Positions 50,424-60,820 of a stretch of 64,000 nucleotides of DNA are shown here, in pieces (the stretch's first letter is position 1; every line of letters starts with the position of its first letter). The translations under genes and the position numbers were made by a program. Where the stretch lies: positions 12,291-76,290 of the forward strand of contig JAIPJM010000012.1 of the NCBI GenBank assembly GCA_021734255.1, in the 5' to 3' direction. Below the pieces are notes generated by a model. That model did no database searches, was not told where the DNA came from, and saw only the letters and a program-made list of their open reading frames with translations. The DNA comes from Fidelibacterota bacterium (GTDB lineage Bacteria > Fidelibacterota > UBA8477 > JABMPR01).

Positions 50424-51611
50424 CTAATTGTTAACGCGTATGAAATCCAGCAGATCTGAATGTAGGATCTCCTGGAGGCTTTCCATCCTGTTTTCAGTCA
50501 CTTCACACATGAGAAAACCAAACAAGGGGAAACGCTTAAAGTCTGTTTTTCTTAGCTCCAGGGGGTGATCGAACCGGCTGAGTAGCAAGTTATAATCGAA
50601 TGAGTCGATATCTACCCCCTTCACACCTGTACTGTTATTCAATACGATAAGGGAATATGTCTCTTTCCCGCGCTGTTTGAGCAGTTGTGTCCAATCAGGC
50701 TTGATCCCCTTGATAAGATACTCGTAGACATTGAAGCCCCAGGCATATTGTGCCAGATCCGGCGTTGAACACCATCCGCCAAATCTGAGGGGGTTTATCT
50801 CAATGATGTTCATATCACCATTATCCTTGATACGTAATTCTATGTGCGCAGGGAATCCTTTAAAACCAAATAGTTCACCCACTTGTTTCAAGTACTTTTC
50901 TATGGAGGGTAGTTGTTCCTCCATGATTCTCTGAGATGTTATGTATACCCGGTCATTCATATCTTGATCTGATGCAAACATGTGCTTCATGATATTGAAT
51001 ATAATGGGCTTACCATCTTGACCGAATAGGCAGTCAATGGCATATTCATGACCGTCGATCAGCTCCTCAATGATGAACATTGAGTTATCCAACACCGATT
51101 CAGGATACAGGTCCTGCATATCATCAATAGTATTCTCAATGGATGCCAACGCCTTTTTCCAGCCGTCCTGATCCTGCACACCGTGCACGCCCAGACTGAA
51201 AAAGCCAACTGCTGGTTTCAAGATCACAGGGAATGGGATCGTTACCGGATCAATCGCAGGAAGGGCGTCGAGACTTACTGCTTTGAAATAGAACTCAGGC
51301 GTAAGATCCTGCATGACCTGCCGGAACCTGACCTTATCCTTTGATAATTGTAGCGCGCGGATCAACTGCCTATCCGGATGGTTTTGATAGACCCAATCCA
51401 ACGCATTTTCCGAGTTCGTGTATACTTTCGTCTGAGGGTTGTTCAATAGTTTTAATTTTGCAGCTTCCGTATCTATATAATTGATCACCCCGTTTTCAAG
51501 GTGCTTCACCGCCTCAGGAGTTTTAACGACCGGAATCTTAAACTTAGTGATCGCTTGTTTTAAGTATTCGGATACAAATGGACCATCTATGAGGAATAGA
51601 GTTTCAGGCAT
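50424..51611 (-). CDS. ATP-grasp domain protein
   Basis: KDKVRFR, PVILKPAVGFFSLGV, IIEELIDGHEY, HIELR, IEINPLRFGG. Confidence 0.88.
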   Translation of the reverse strand: MPETLFLIDGPFVSEYLKQAITKFKIPVVKTPEAVKHLENGVINYIDTEAAKLKLLNNPQTKVYTNSENALDWVYQNHPDRQLIRALQLSKDKVRFRQVMQDLTPEFYFKAVSLDALPAIDPVTIPFPVILKPAVGFFSLGVHGVQDQDGWKKALASIENTIDDMQDLYPESVLDNSMFIIEELIDGHEYAIDCLFGQDGKPIIFNIMKHMFASDQDMNDRVYITSQRIMEEQLPSIEKYLKQVGELFGFKGFPAHIELRIKDNGDMNIIEINPLRFGGWCSTPDLAQYAWGFNVYEYLIKGIKPDWTQLLKQRGKETYSLIVLNNSTGVKGVDIDSFDYNLLLSRFDHPLELRKTDFKRFPLFGFLMCEVTENRMESLQEILHSDLLDFIRVNN

Positions 51612-51630
51612 TGAGTGTGTGGTTCATGTG

Positions 51631-53079
51631 TTAATACTGTTGCGAGATAACATTAATTGCGATATTCCCAAGTGCTGGAATCAGGTTGGATAGATTCTCA
51701 AAGTCACCCTCCAGGAGTGCGATATGAGTTACGTCGGCGGGGAATTGATTCAGACTCGGATCAACATCTACCCACTGGCCGTTGATCGCAACCACTGGCC
51801 AGGCATGAAACAAGAAGCGCCCCTGAAGATGTACCAGACCAATATGTATTTTCGTGGGAATTCCTCTTGCCCGACTGAGGGATGTAAACAAGGTGGTGTG
51901 TTCCGTACAGTCACCAACCCCCTGACGTAAGATGTCGACTGCGCCTGATATGCTGGCAACCGGACGTTTCTCCAGATAGTTATATACCCACTCCGTAAGG
52001 ATTCTACTGTCCTCAATTTCCGGGTATTTGAATATTCTGGGTAACTGTCTCACGATCTCTGGATGTTTACTCTGGATCATCTCTGTGGCCCGTAAATATC
52101 GTTCATTATCAGGATCGATGATCTCAGTGCTTGCCTGGGATAGCTCTAGCTGTAAGGGCTCTGCACGGATCACTTTTTGGCGATTCGATTGAAGTGCGAG
52201 AAAACCGCTTGCGTCAATACCTGATATCTCCAGTTTCAGAACCTCAAGTTTACCGCTTTCTCGGATCGGTGGTACAGGCTTGATTGAAAAGCCGCTTAGA
52301 AGATCGACCTCTGGCGCCTGAACCTCAGCCAGGGCCTCTTCTGGTGTTGTTCTTTCCATGGTCATACCCATGATGGTTTCTTCCCGGTAGGTCAAGCCAT
52401 TGTCATCCAGATACAGGATGGAGGGGATTCCTTTAAACTCGACCTTTAGTTTATTCAGGATCAGGTTTTCACCTGCAACCTCCTGGAGCTCTTTTCCCTC
52501 ATGGGTCACAAACACATCAGCCATTTCATTGGACATTGGGTCATATGCAGGCACTTTGATCGTTTGGCCGGGCTCAATCCCCTTGCTGGCAACCATGGGT
52601 TGGATCGCGGAATAAGTGTATAGATCTTCAGGTACCTCCAGGCTGGTTATGGAAGTATCGCTATCCTGAATGAATTTCAGGATCATTGTGCTACCTGTTT
52701 TCTCTCCCTCTACATGCGTGGAATACTCTTGGGACTGCATCCAGAAAGTAAAGCTTTGCAGCATGAAAAGCGTATCGATGATGGCTGAACTTTCAAGGTG
52801 AACTTCAGAGTCAAGCCCTCCAAAAACGAGGGTCAAATGAGAAGAACTTTTTACTTTATACCCCTCCGCACCTCTATTCTCGATAGTGGAAACAGCGTAC
52901 CCCATCTTCTTCCCGTCATGGAATATGTTCATCCATTCCGATTCATCCGGAAGCTCTTTTAATCCTGTTTCCAGGGACACATAAGACCCCGCTCCCTGGA
53001 AGTAAGTCGTATACACCAAGCGGCCCACCAGCAATAGCCAGAGCAGGACAATAACGGCAGTATATGAACGTCGAAGCAT
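51631..53079 (-). CDS. Membrane-anchored transglutaminase-like protein
   Basis: N-terminal TM; triad GDCTEH, HAW, WVDVDP. Confidence 0.87.
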   Translation of the reverse strand: MLRRSYTAVIVLLWLLLVGRLVYTTYFQGAGSYVSLETGLKELPDESEWMNIFHDGKKMGYAVSTIENRGAEGYKVKSSSHLTLVFGGLDSEVHLESSAIIDTLFMLQSFTFWMQSQEYSTHVEGEKTGSTMILKFIQDSDTSITSLEVPEDLYTYSAIQPMVASKGIEPGQTIKVPAYDPMSNEMADVFVTHEGKELQEVAGENLILNKLKVEFKGIPSILYLDDNGLTYREETIMGMTMERTTPEEALAEVQAPEVDLLSGFSIKPVPPIRESGKLEVLKLEISGIDASGFLALQSNRQKVIRAEPLQLELSQASTEIIDPDNERYLRATEMIQSKHPEIVRQLPRIFKYPEIEDSRILTEWVYNYLEKRPVASISGAVDILRQGVGDCTEHTTLFTSLSRARGIPTKIHIGLVHLQGRFLFHAWPVVAINGQWVDVDPSLNQFPADVTHIALLEGDFENLSNLIPALGNIAINVISQQY

Positions 53080-53269
53080 GGCGATGAATTTAGATATAAC
53101 ATCCGCCCTGGCAAAGCATGTGCACACGTTAATGTTTAAATATATCGCTCTGTAAAAGGAGATAATTAAGCGCCTGTGTTTAAGCTACCAGGGCCTCTGA
53201 TAAATTCAATTGGAACTGACACCGCTTTTAAATAGCTTCTTAAAACATCATCCCAGAAGGAATATTGCA

Positions 53270-53731
53270 ATGAAGTCTAGCGCCAGGTCGGTAACAGAAT
53301 ATATAAACGACCTTCCCGATGATAGAAAATCTCAGATTGAAGCCGCGCGGAACGTGATTCTGAAAAACCTACCAGATGGATACGAAGAGGTGATGAACTG
53401 GGGTATGATCACCTATCAGGTTCCCCTGAATGTTTATCCCGACACGTATAATAAAAAGCCCCTCATGTACGCTGCGCTGGCATCACAGAAGAATCACATG
53501 GCTATCTATTTTTCGGGTATCTACATGTATGACGACAAACAGACATCCTTTGAGGAGGAATATCGGGCTACTGGAAAACGTTTTGATATGGGAAAGTCCT
53601 GTGTCCGCTTCAGAAATATTGACGATCTCCCGCTGGAGCTCATAGGAAAAACAATTGCATCACTTCCCATGGTAACCTTCGTTTCAGATGTAAAGGCGAT
53701 GTTCTCCGCTCGCAAAAAAGCAAATAGCTGA
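53270..53731 (+). CDS. DUF1801 domain protein
   Basis: V.EYI..LP, LPDGYEEVMNWGMITY, LASQKNHM, DMGKSCVRF. Confidence 0.85.
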   Translation: MKSSARSVTEYINDLPDDRKSQIEAARNVILKNLPDGYEEVMNWGMITYQVPLNVYPDTYNKKPLMYAALASQKNHMAIYFSGIYMYDDKQTSFEEEYRATGKRFDMGKSCVRFRNIDDLPLELIGKTIASLPMVTFVSDVKAMFSARKKANS

Positions 53732-53732
53732 A

Positions 53733-55901
53733 TTATAACTTGACCCCGATACTTACCGTCCATCTCCTCTGTTTGAAATAGCTCAACTCATCATCAGCAG
53801 ATAATAGATTTAAAACTGAACCACCCAATGAAAACTCTTTCTTAAACGGTTTGAGTTTTATTGATAAATATAGATTCACATTCTCCCGACCTGCTAATTC
53901 TGTCACAACCCAGTTGATATTGTCGCCTGTTCCGCCAACCAGTTGCTTGCCCTCATGAAAATACTGAATTCTAAGATTACCAAATGATGGCCTTAGCTCG
54001 ACCTCGGCAACATCGCGGAATTCTGGCTTATTCGGGAAGATTGTAAATGATGAAATGTCCACACTTGTTCTTCCAAGATACAACCTGAAACGATCATCAA
54101 AAGTTGACAGCATCCCGGACAGTTCATACCCGCTGATCTCAGCGGAATGGGCATTCACCGGAGTTGGTAGTGCTCTTGGAACAGAGGTATAATAGATCTT
54201 ATTAATATATCTATTCTTAAAATATGACGCCTGCAAATCAAAACTCTCAAAGATCGAAGCTGAGTTGGCCGGCTGAATGCTTGCCTGAACCCCTAATTCT
54301 GAGGAGGCATTCAGCTCTGACTCCAAGGGTGAGTCCATGTATAGTACAATGGTAGTATGGTCTCGTAAATAATACTCATAAAGAGTTGGGTGCCGAAAGT
54401 TTGTACCCGCTGTGTAAAAGAATTGGTAGCGAAGGTTCTGACGTTTCTTGTCCAGCGTAACACCAGTTCGCTTGGTTACCTGACTGAATGAGTCCTCCAG
54501 ATGCTCATCGATATATATAAGTTTATCTCGATAAGCCTTCCTGAGTTTGTCCAGATCAACATCTTCCCGGCGGTAACTGAAGCTAATCCCCAAAAAATCT
54601 ACAAAGGGTACCTCAAGTTCTGTTCGAAACTTGAGGATGTTCGTAAAGGACAGCTTCTGCTGTTCCAGGTCAATATTCTGCTCGTCCAGGTGATCCCAGT
54701 AAATATTTCTCGTTTCTGACAGCCCATGGAAAGCATCCTGTTGAAGTTCCAGGATCATGAAATTTACCACAGATCTGAATACTGATCTGTTTTCAATGGC
54801 CATCAATTGTTTTTGCTCGTCACTGTCCTGCACGTAGTGAAACCTGGAATCCAGAGAATCCAGAAAATCATTTGTTTTCACTCTTTGCATGGCTCGAATA
54901 TTCAACTGGACCTTGTCGAGCAGTGACGTTGAGTACTTGAACTGAATATACTGATCAACGTGAGTGTCCATAAACCCCTCCTGGGGGGCAACGGTCTCCT
55001 TTATGTCGATCAGGTTAGCCGATAGCGAGCTGGCAGTATCGCTCATCACCCAGGTGGTGTAAAGGTTGATGAAGTTCCGTGTGGAAATAATGTCTGGGTC
55101 AAGTGGACCAAAGGGCTGGCGATCCATGCTGGAATAACTCAAGCGTGTGTTCAATGGACCCAGGCCGACACTTCCTGAGACATTGTAGGATTGGAGGTCC
55201 TGGTCGGAATTCTGAAAGTTTAGGGAAAAACCTGTTGGCCTTCGCTTGATCGGCTTAAGAACGATGACACCGCCAAAAGCCCCAGAGCCGTATTGTAGGG
55301 TGCCAGCTCCCTTGATAATAGAAACGGTTTCAATATCGTTCAGATTGATCCATGAAAGATCGTAAGCACCCTGGTAGCTTGAATTGAGGGGAATATCATC
55401 AAAAACGATCAGCACTTCATTTGCATTGCTGCCACGTATAGAGATATCCTGTTCCCCATCATACCGCTCACCGACCACCACTGAGGGGTCTCGTCTGAGC
55501 ACCTCTTTGATACCGATGCTACCCTGTTGGATCACATCCTGAACAGGTAAAACGGTGACGATGGAGGGGAGGTCTGTTTGCTCCCACTCCAGCTTAGAGG
55601 ATTGGATCTCCACTTGCTCCATGAGAAGCACATCCGGTCTCAGCCCTATTTTTCCAGCCACCACTAGCTCCTGATAACTCAAGACCGTATCCAGATATCC
55701 GATATATGAAAATTTTAAAAACTTGTCCTGGTGGGACTCGTTGAGGGTGAAAAACCCGTCCATATCTGTGTTCATGCCAAGCGTTGTTCCCACAAGTGTG
55801 ATATTCACTCCGGGAAGCGGCTCAGCTGTCTTTTGGTCCACAACCTGTATCTGCTCGGCAAACAGAAATGCCGATAGCATGGCTAATAATAGAATCCGCA
55901 T
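53733..55901 (-). CDS. TonB-dependent receptor
   Basis: Signal peptide, EPLPGVNI..GT..G..TD.DG.F, ISIRGS..EVL..D.IP, IIKG....YGSGAFGGVI. Confidence 0.85.
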   Translation of the reverse strand: MRILLLAMLSAFLFAEQIQVVDQKTAEPLPGVNITLVGTTLGMNTDMDGFFTLNESHQDKFLKFSYIGYLDTVLSYQELVVAGKIGLRPDVLLMEQVEIQSSKLEWEQTDLPSIVTVLPVQDVIQQGSIGIKEVLRRDPSVVVGERYDGEQDISIRGSNANEVLIVFDDIPLNSSYQGAYDLSWINLNDIETVSIIKGAGTLQYGSGAFGGVIVLKPIKRRPTGFSLNFQNSDQDLQSYNVSGSVGLGPLNTRLSYSSMDRQPFGPLDPDIISTRNFINLYTTWVMSDTASSLSANLIDIKETVAPQEGFMDTHVDQYIQFKYSTSLLDKVQLNIRAMQRVKTNDFLDSLDSRFHYVQDSDEQKQLMAIENRSVFRSVVNFMILELQQDAFHGLSETRNIYWDHLDEQNIDLEQQKLSFTNILKFRTELEVPFVDFLGISFSYRREDVDLDKLRKAYRDKLIYIDEHLEDSFSQVTKRTGVTLDKKRQNLRYQFFYTAGTNFRHPTLYEYYLRDHTTIVLYMDSPLESELNASSELGVQASIQPANSASIFESFDLQASYFKNRYINKIYYTSVPRALPTPVNAHSAEISGYELSGMLSTFDDRFRLYLGRTSVDISSFTIFPNKPEFRDVAEVELRPSFGNLRIQYFHEGKQLVGGTGDNINWVVTELAGRENVNLYLSIKLKPFKKEFSLGGSVLNLLSADDELSYFKQRRWTVSIGVKL

Positions 55902-55921
55902 GTAATCCCCCCCTGCTTAGA

Positions 55922-56461
55922 TCATGAGGTTTTCTTCAGGGTAGCTGTTATTATTAATGCGCTAAGGATCAGCGCGGCGGCGACTATTAATTTAAGCGAA
56001 ATATCCCCGGGGTGCACGGGAACAATGATCCAGGAATGCATATCCTTGCTGGCCAGAGTACCCGGGGCTTGACGCTCCAGCTCATTGAGGGACTGAATAA
56101 AATCCTCAATACTTCTGTAACGATAAACTGAGACCGCATCAGCGAACGCGGTCCTGGTCTTTCTAAACTCAATGGCTGCTGCTACCGGGTCCCTATAACT
56201 TGCCCGCTTCAGATCCAGGGGCCAGGTCATGCTGTCATCAATTCCTATCAAATAAAAAGCGTCCGGATCCTGTAGGTCAAACTGAGCAAATAGCGTGTTG
56301 ATTGTTGGCGCCATTTCACTCAGCAGGATCATGGGAGGGAGAAGTTCTTCTGCACGTAAATCTCCTGGGGCTTTATCATGCCAGACAACCAACATGGAAA
56401 ACAGGGCCAGTATGGCAGTGACCACGATCATCATGACCCCACTGCTTCTCAGCTTCATCAT
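55922..56461 (-). CDS. Hypothetical membrane protein (two TM segments flanking a soluble domain)
   Basis: ATGA overlap with the upstream permease; hydrophobic termini. Confidence 0.65.
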   Translation of the reverse strand: MMKLRSSGVMMIVVTAILALFSMLVVWHDKAPGDLRAEELLPPMILLSEMAPTINTLFAQFDLQDPDAFYLIGIDDSMTWPLDLKRASYRDPVAAAIEFRKTRTAFADAVSVYRYRSIEDFIQSLNELERQAPGTLASKDMHSWIIVPVHPGDISLKLIVAAALILSALIITATLKKTS

Positions 56462-57882
56462 GATGAAACCCGTCTGTTATAATATGTTAAGCCGTACCCG
56501 AGAACGATCAAAACGAAGGGGCCTCCATAGGTCATGAGAATCGCCTGCGTTGCCTCTCGCCCGGTTTCAGCAATAACGATATAGTCCAGGCCTGCGCCAA
56601 AGAATCCTGCGACACCGATCAAGAGGGTCATACCTGCCACACTAATGGCAAGCGTCTTCGATCTGAGCATAGAAAATGGACCTCGTGAACCTCTGATCCG
56701 GAAAACTAAAAATGCTGCAGCCAGAATGATATATGGAATCGCCAGACTGAGGGCGGACAGGTCTGTAAGGAGCCGGAAAAATGAATCAATGGATGACAGA
56801 CCCACCAAGGGGATAGCGATAAGGATTGTAACGACCCCGGCCTGTGTCCACAGTGCATTGGAAAATGAGTCTGACTCATCTCGAGTCGTCAGAAATTTTG
56901 GGAAGGTGTGTTCAGGGACGGCAGCGAACATGGCTCGAATGGGTGATTCTATCCACACGACATACGCAGCGATGGAAGTCACAACCAAAATGGCAGCAAA
57001 GATCCTCACAACGACCTGACCATTTATCCCCAGGCTTTCTGCCAGCAAAACATGGACGACATAGACGCCATCTTTGATACCAGCATTTGCAAGTACCTCA
57101 TGCGATGCAACAAGACCAACGGCAATGGAGCCGATGACATAAGACAGCCCGATAACCAGGGTTGCGATCAAAACCCCTCGCGGGAAGGTCCGAACAGGGT
57201 TTTTAACCTTTTTGATATATGTCCCAGCGACCTCAGCCCCGGCCACGGCAAAAAGCAGCCATGAAAGTGTGGCAAAGTAACTAGTGGAAAAATCTGGCAT
57301 TACGGCCTCAGCGGTCCACTCTGTTGCAGAAGGGGTCCCTTTAAAATATGCGACAAAGGCGAACAGAATGAATAGGCCGGTTGACATAAATGTGAGTTTT
57401 CCGCCAACATTACTTAGCTTTGAAAATGTTTTGACGCCACGTGTGGCTATCCAGGTCAGGGCAAGACAGAGGAGGATCGAATAGTAAGGGAGCAGTGCCA
57501 CATTTTCATCATTAAACCGATTCTCACCAAAGAGAGCCCACGAGACCATCACAGGTATACGGGCAAATACAACTTGAAGATAAAACAGGTTGGAAATGAA
57601 ATATGACCAGGTGCCAAAAAAGGCCCAGCGGTCACCCAGACTGCAGGCAACCCAGCTATAGATACCCCCGCTCTTTTCTTTATTTGCAGAAGCAAGCTCT
57701 GCAATGATCGCCGTCAGGGGTAAAAAATAGAGTAGACAAACCAGGATCCAGGAGGGGACGGCAGCCGGTCCAAGCGCCACCCCGTTGGTTGTAATATTCA
57801 TGAACCCAAAGGTGGGGACGAATATCAACATGACCAGGGTCCATAGACCCAGCTTGTCCTGTTGCTGTTTCACAGAACTCAA
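56458..57882 (-). CDS. APC family amino acid permease (YjeM-like)
   Basis: AELAS..GGIYSWV..SLG, FAVAGAE, NPVRTFP; about 12 TM segments. Confidence 0.9.
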   Translation of the reverse strand: MSSVKQQQDKLGLWTLVMLIFVPTFGFMNITTNGVALGPAAVPSWILVCLLYFLPLTAIIAELASANKEKSGGIYSWVACSLGDRWAFFGTWSYFISNLFYLQVVFARIPVMVSWALFGENRFNDENVALLPYYSILLCLALTWIATRGVKTFSKLSNVGGKLTFMSTGLFILFAFVAYFKGTPSATEWTAEAVMPDFSTSYFATLSWLLFAVAGAEVAGTYIKKVKNPVRTFPRGVLIATLVIGLSYVIGSIAVGLVASHEVLANAGIKDGVYVVHVLLAESLGINGQVVVRIFAAILVVTSIAAYVVWIESPIRAMFAAVPEHTFPKFLTTRDESDSFSNALWTQAGVVTILIAIPLVGLSSIDSFFRLLTDLSALSLAIPYIILAAAFLVFRIRGSRGPFSMLRSKTLAISVAGMTLLIGVAGFFGAGLDYIVIAETGREATQAILMTYGGPFVLIVLGYGLTYYNRRVSS

Positions 57883-59006
57883 GATACGGTTATTTCAGAC
57901 TTATAGTGAACGCCTCGTTGCTCCAGTAAAGCCAGGAGCTTATTAAAACAGGTTTCCGATTTACCCACAAACTCAGGAGGGCTGACACCCGTCTGTCTAT
58001 AATCCCCATCCAGGACCAGACGACTGATAGCTGTGCAGGTATACCCCGTCGTGCGGGACATGGAGGATGCGCCTGTGGCAGCGTCATACCGGTCCAGCAG
58101 GTCATATTGGTAAGACACACTCCGGCCGTTTTCAGTTCCCCGGACCAGGATCTGCATGACAGTGAACTCTTCTTCCGCTTCACCCAGTTTCCATTTTGGA
58201 AAAAGTAGTTGGGTTGTTAGATCGATGGGTCTGATCCTGCTTTCACCAACCTGCATTTCTGTGTAATTAAAAAATCCTGTTTCTCTCAGCACACGCATCA
58301 GTTCTATGTGTCCCGGGTAGCGTAGGGTTTTCTCTTTCATGTTGGGGATGTTCATCGTTTTAATGAGTGTTCTCAAACCATCCGTATTGAAGGCTTCCAG
58401 TTCACCGACACCAGGAAATTCCAGGATCTCCGGTTCCGAAAGTGCTTCCTTCTCGTGCAGTTCACCATTGAGAACCAGACGAGACGGACGTAGATATTCT
58501 TCGATGACATCGATGGGGGAGAACGGTGCCTTGTATTCATAGGGCCATTTGCGCTCCGTCGGTAAGCCGCCCACATAGCAGACAAACTCCTGGACATCCA
58601 TGCGTTCATTATGGTATCCAGCGATGATGTTGCTCATGCCTGGGGCAACACCAGCATCCATGACAGCGACAACCCCTTTCTCCTTTGCCAGCTCATCCAG
58701 GCCAAAGGGGTCTTCTGGAAAGAAGGAGATATCAACGATATCCTTACCGGCCTCAATCACCCATTTCAGGGTCTGATATCCCATGAATCCTGGGACAGCC
58801 CCAACGACAAGATCAGCATCAGCAATGATTGTCTGGACGGCAGCCTTGTCGCTCAGATCAGCTGTTTGGGTCTGGATATTCTGACTGGAAAGTTGCTCAA
58901 GTGCCTGTTTGTCTCTGTCAACTGAAGTGACCGCATGATCTTTGGAAAGGTCAACAGCCATGGTACGGCCGACCATTCCCGCTCCGAGAATAATAATGTT
59001 TTTCAT
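57879..59006 (-). CDS. Saccharopine dehydrogenase family protein (L-lysine 6-dehydrogenase-like)
   Basis: ILGAGMVG, AVPGFMG, DAGVAPGMSN, YVGGLP, IEEY.RP, EAFNTDGL, TLRYPGH. Confidence 0.87.
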   Translation of the reverse strand: MKNIIILGAGMVGRTMAVDLSKDHAVTSVDRDKQALEQLSSQNIQTQTADLSDKAAVQTIIADADLVVGAVPGFMGYQTLKWVIEAGKDIVDISFFPEDPFGLDELAKEKGVVAVMDAGVAPGMSNIIAGYHNERMDVQEFVCYVGGLPTERKWPYEYKAPFSPIDVIEEYLRPSRLVLNGELHEKEALSEPEILEFPGVGELEAFNTDGLRTLIKTMNIPNMKEKTLRYPGHIELMRVLRETGFFNYTEMQVGESRIRPIDLTTQLLFPKWKLGEAEEEFTVMQILVRGTENGRSVSYQYDLLDRYDAATGASSMSRTTGYTCTAISRLVLDGDYRQTGVSPPEFVGKSETCFNKLLALLEQRGVHYKSEITVS

Positions 59007-59046
59007 GGGAGTAAATTAGGATGAATCTAGAGCGGATAAACGGTTC

Positions 59047-59073
59047 TTTTTTAGCCACAGATGCTCACAGATT
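59047..59073. repeat. Left inverted repeat flanking the GxxExxY gene
   Basis: ttttttagCCACAGATgctCACAGATt. Confidence 0.7.
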
Positions 59074-59127
59074 GATGATGATGCTTGCTCAAAAAAGACC
59101 CCAAGCTCCGGTGCGAATCCAGGGGTT

Positions 59128-59490
59128 TTAAAATACAAATCTTTTAAATTGAACTTTCTGTCTGCCAAAATTTATCAACAGCCCAACACTAACTTTGCTA
59201 GCTTTCAATTCATTTAAGAGTTGTGCTTCATCCTGTTTGTTGTATTCCTTGCTCACTTTTAACTCTACTATCACCTGCCCATCTACTAAAAGATCTGCTA
59301 AATATTTTCCAACCGTTACGCCCTTATATCTGACATCTAACGCAGGCTCCAATTTGACATCATGTCCCCTCTTGCGGAGTTCCACCTGTAAAGACTTTTG
59401 ATAAACTCTCTCTAGGAATCCATAGCCCAGTTCATTGTGAACTTCAAAAGCTGCTCCAATAATGTCTTTTGTTATGTCGAAGTGATTCAC
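59128..59490 (-). CDS. GxxExxY protein (PD-(D/E)xK nuclease fold)
   Basis: VHNELGYGFLERVYQ (GxxExxY), ADLLVD..VIVELK, AQLLN, GLLINF. Confidence 0.93.
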   Translation of the reverse strand: MNHFDITKDIIGAAFEVHNELGYGFLERVYQKSLQVELRKRGHDVKLEPALDVRYKGVTVGKYLADLLVDGQVIVELKVSKEYNKQDEAQLLNELKASKVSVGLLINFGRQKVQFKRFVF

Positions 59491-59557
59491 TTACACCTTC
59501 ATGTAGTCATATTCTGTTTTGACACGAAATATTTGATGGCCACAACCACAAATATTC

Positions 59558-59582
59558 ATCTGTGTTTAATCTGTGGATAAAA
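59558..59582. repeat. Right inverted repeat flanking the GxxExxY gene
   Basis: ATCTGTGtttaATCTGTGGataaaa; reverse complement ttttatCCACAGATtaaaCACAGAT. Confidence 0.7.
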
Positions 59583-59638
59583 CAGTAGTGTGGCCGAGGA
59601 GACCCGGCTCAATAAATACCGAAATCTGTTAGGTTAGC

Positions 59639-60697
59639 TTATTCGGCGAAGAATTTAGCCTGATCGACCAATTCACGATACTGGGTGACAGGGTTGATCT
59701 CAAAGGCAAGCTGGGCTTCTAAAACCGCCAGGCGCGGTTTTTCTTGAAGCAGGTAGATCTGGGCTCTCAGGGCATGACCATAGTGGTCATCGCTGTTCGT
59801 CAACAAGGCCTGATCGCATTGCTGGAGAGCGGCATCCAGCCATGACAGGCTTTCTTTCTGGGCAAGATCGATGTAAAGTTCAGCCAGGCTGTGGCGGGCC
59901 TCAGTGGCATCAGGGAAGTATTTCAAATAGGTTTTGAGGACATCAATGGCCTCCTTGCTTTCTCTTTCCCGAATCATGAAGTCTACATAAGCGTTCCAGA
60001 CCAGTTGATTCCTGGGCTCCAGTTTTACGGCCAGGGCATAGTTATCTATGATAACTTTATCCTCGACAGCTGTTTTTTCCTGGGCCATTGCCAGTACGCC
60101 GTGTGCTTCACCCTTCATGGGCTCTTCTTTGGTCAAGTCCTGGAGTAGGTCAATCGCTTTGGCATTCTCCTGAGACTTATAGTAGGTCAGGGCTTTCCCA
60201 ACGATGGCCTCATAGTTACCGGGATCGATCTCCAGGGCCTTGTCGAAATGAGCCTGGGCCTGCTCATACAGATCCTTCTCGTTCAGAATGAGCCCTAAAC
60301 TGATGCGCGCTTCTGCATCTTCGCCATTGGCTTCAACTGCCATAAGGTAATAGCGGTAGGCATTCTCATTACTGCCACTCAATTGATAGATCTCACCGAT
60401 ATATCTCAGAATCTTGGCAGAGTCCGCTTTGGCATCCAGGCCTCGTCGGCACATGTTCACTGCCTCAGTCAGGTTTTGGTCGTCGAGAAATAATTCAGCT
60501 GCAAAAAGATAGGCGTCGGTGTATTCTGGAGACGATCTCTGGATTTCCATGAGATAGTTCAATGCCTTTTGCTTGGAGCCAAGAGATGCTTCTGTCTCCG
60601 CTTTCGAAAACAGAACATCCGGGTCCTCGCTGCAAGAAAAGACAAAAACCGTAGCAATAATAGCAAGTATGAGCCAGCGTTGAAGCCCCATAATCAT
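59639..60697 (-). CDS. Tetratricopeptide repeat lipoprotein
   Basis: Lipobox VFSC; repeated TPR helices (e.g. A..HFDKALEIDP); AAGGAG RBS. Confidence 0.85.
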   Translation of the reverse strand: MIMGLQRWLILAIIATVFVFSCSEDPDVLFSKAETEASLGSKQKALNYLMEIQRSSPEYTDAYLFAAELFLDDQNLTEAVNMCRRGLDAKADSAKILRYIGEIYQLSGSNENAYRYYLMAVEANGEDAEARISLGLILNEKDLYEQAQAHFDKALEIDPGNYEAIVGKALTYYKSQENAKAIDLLQDLTKEEPMKGEAHGVLAMAQEKTAVEDKVIIDNYALAVKLEPRNQLVWNAYVDFMIRERESKEAIDVLKTYLKYFPDATEARHSLAELYIDLAQKESLSWLDAALQQCDQALLTNSDDHYGHALRAQIYLLQEKPRLAVLEAQLAFEINPVTQYRELVDQAKFFAE

Positions 60698-60820
60698 TCT
60701 CCTTAAACCTCCGTTGGAAAAAATTAACAGAACTGCCAGTTACAGCAAGGTTTATTTGGCAGCTGCTCTTTCCGGATATAGGCCTCAGGCTCTGTTCAGC
60801 AGACCCTTGACTGTGTTAAG

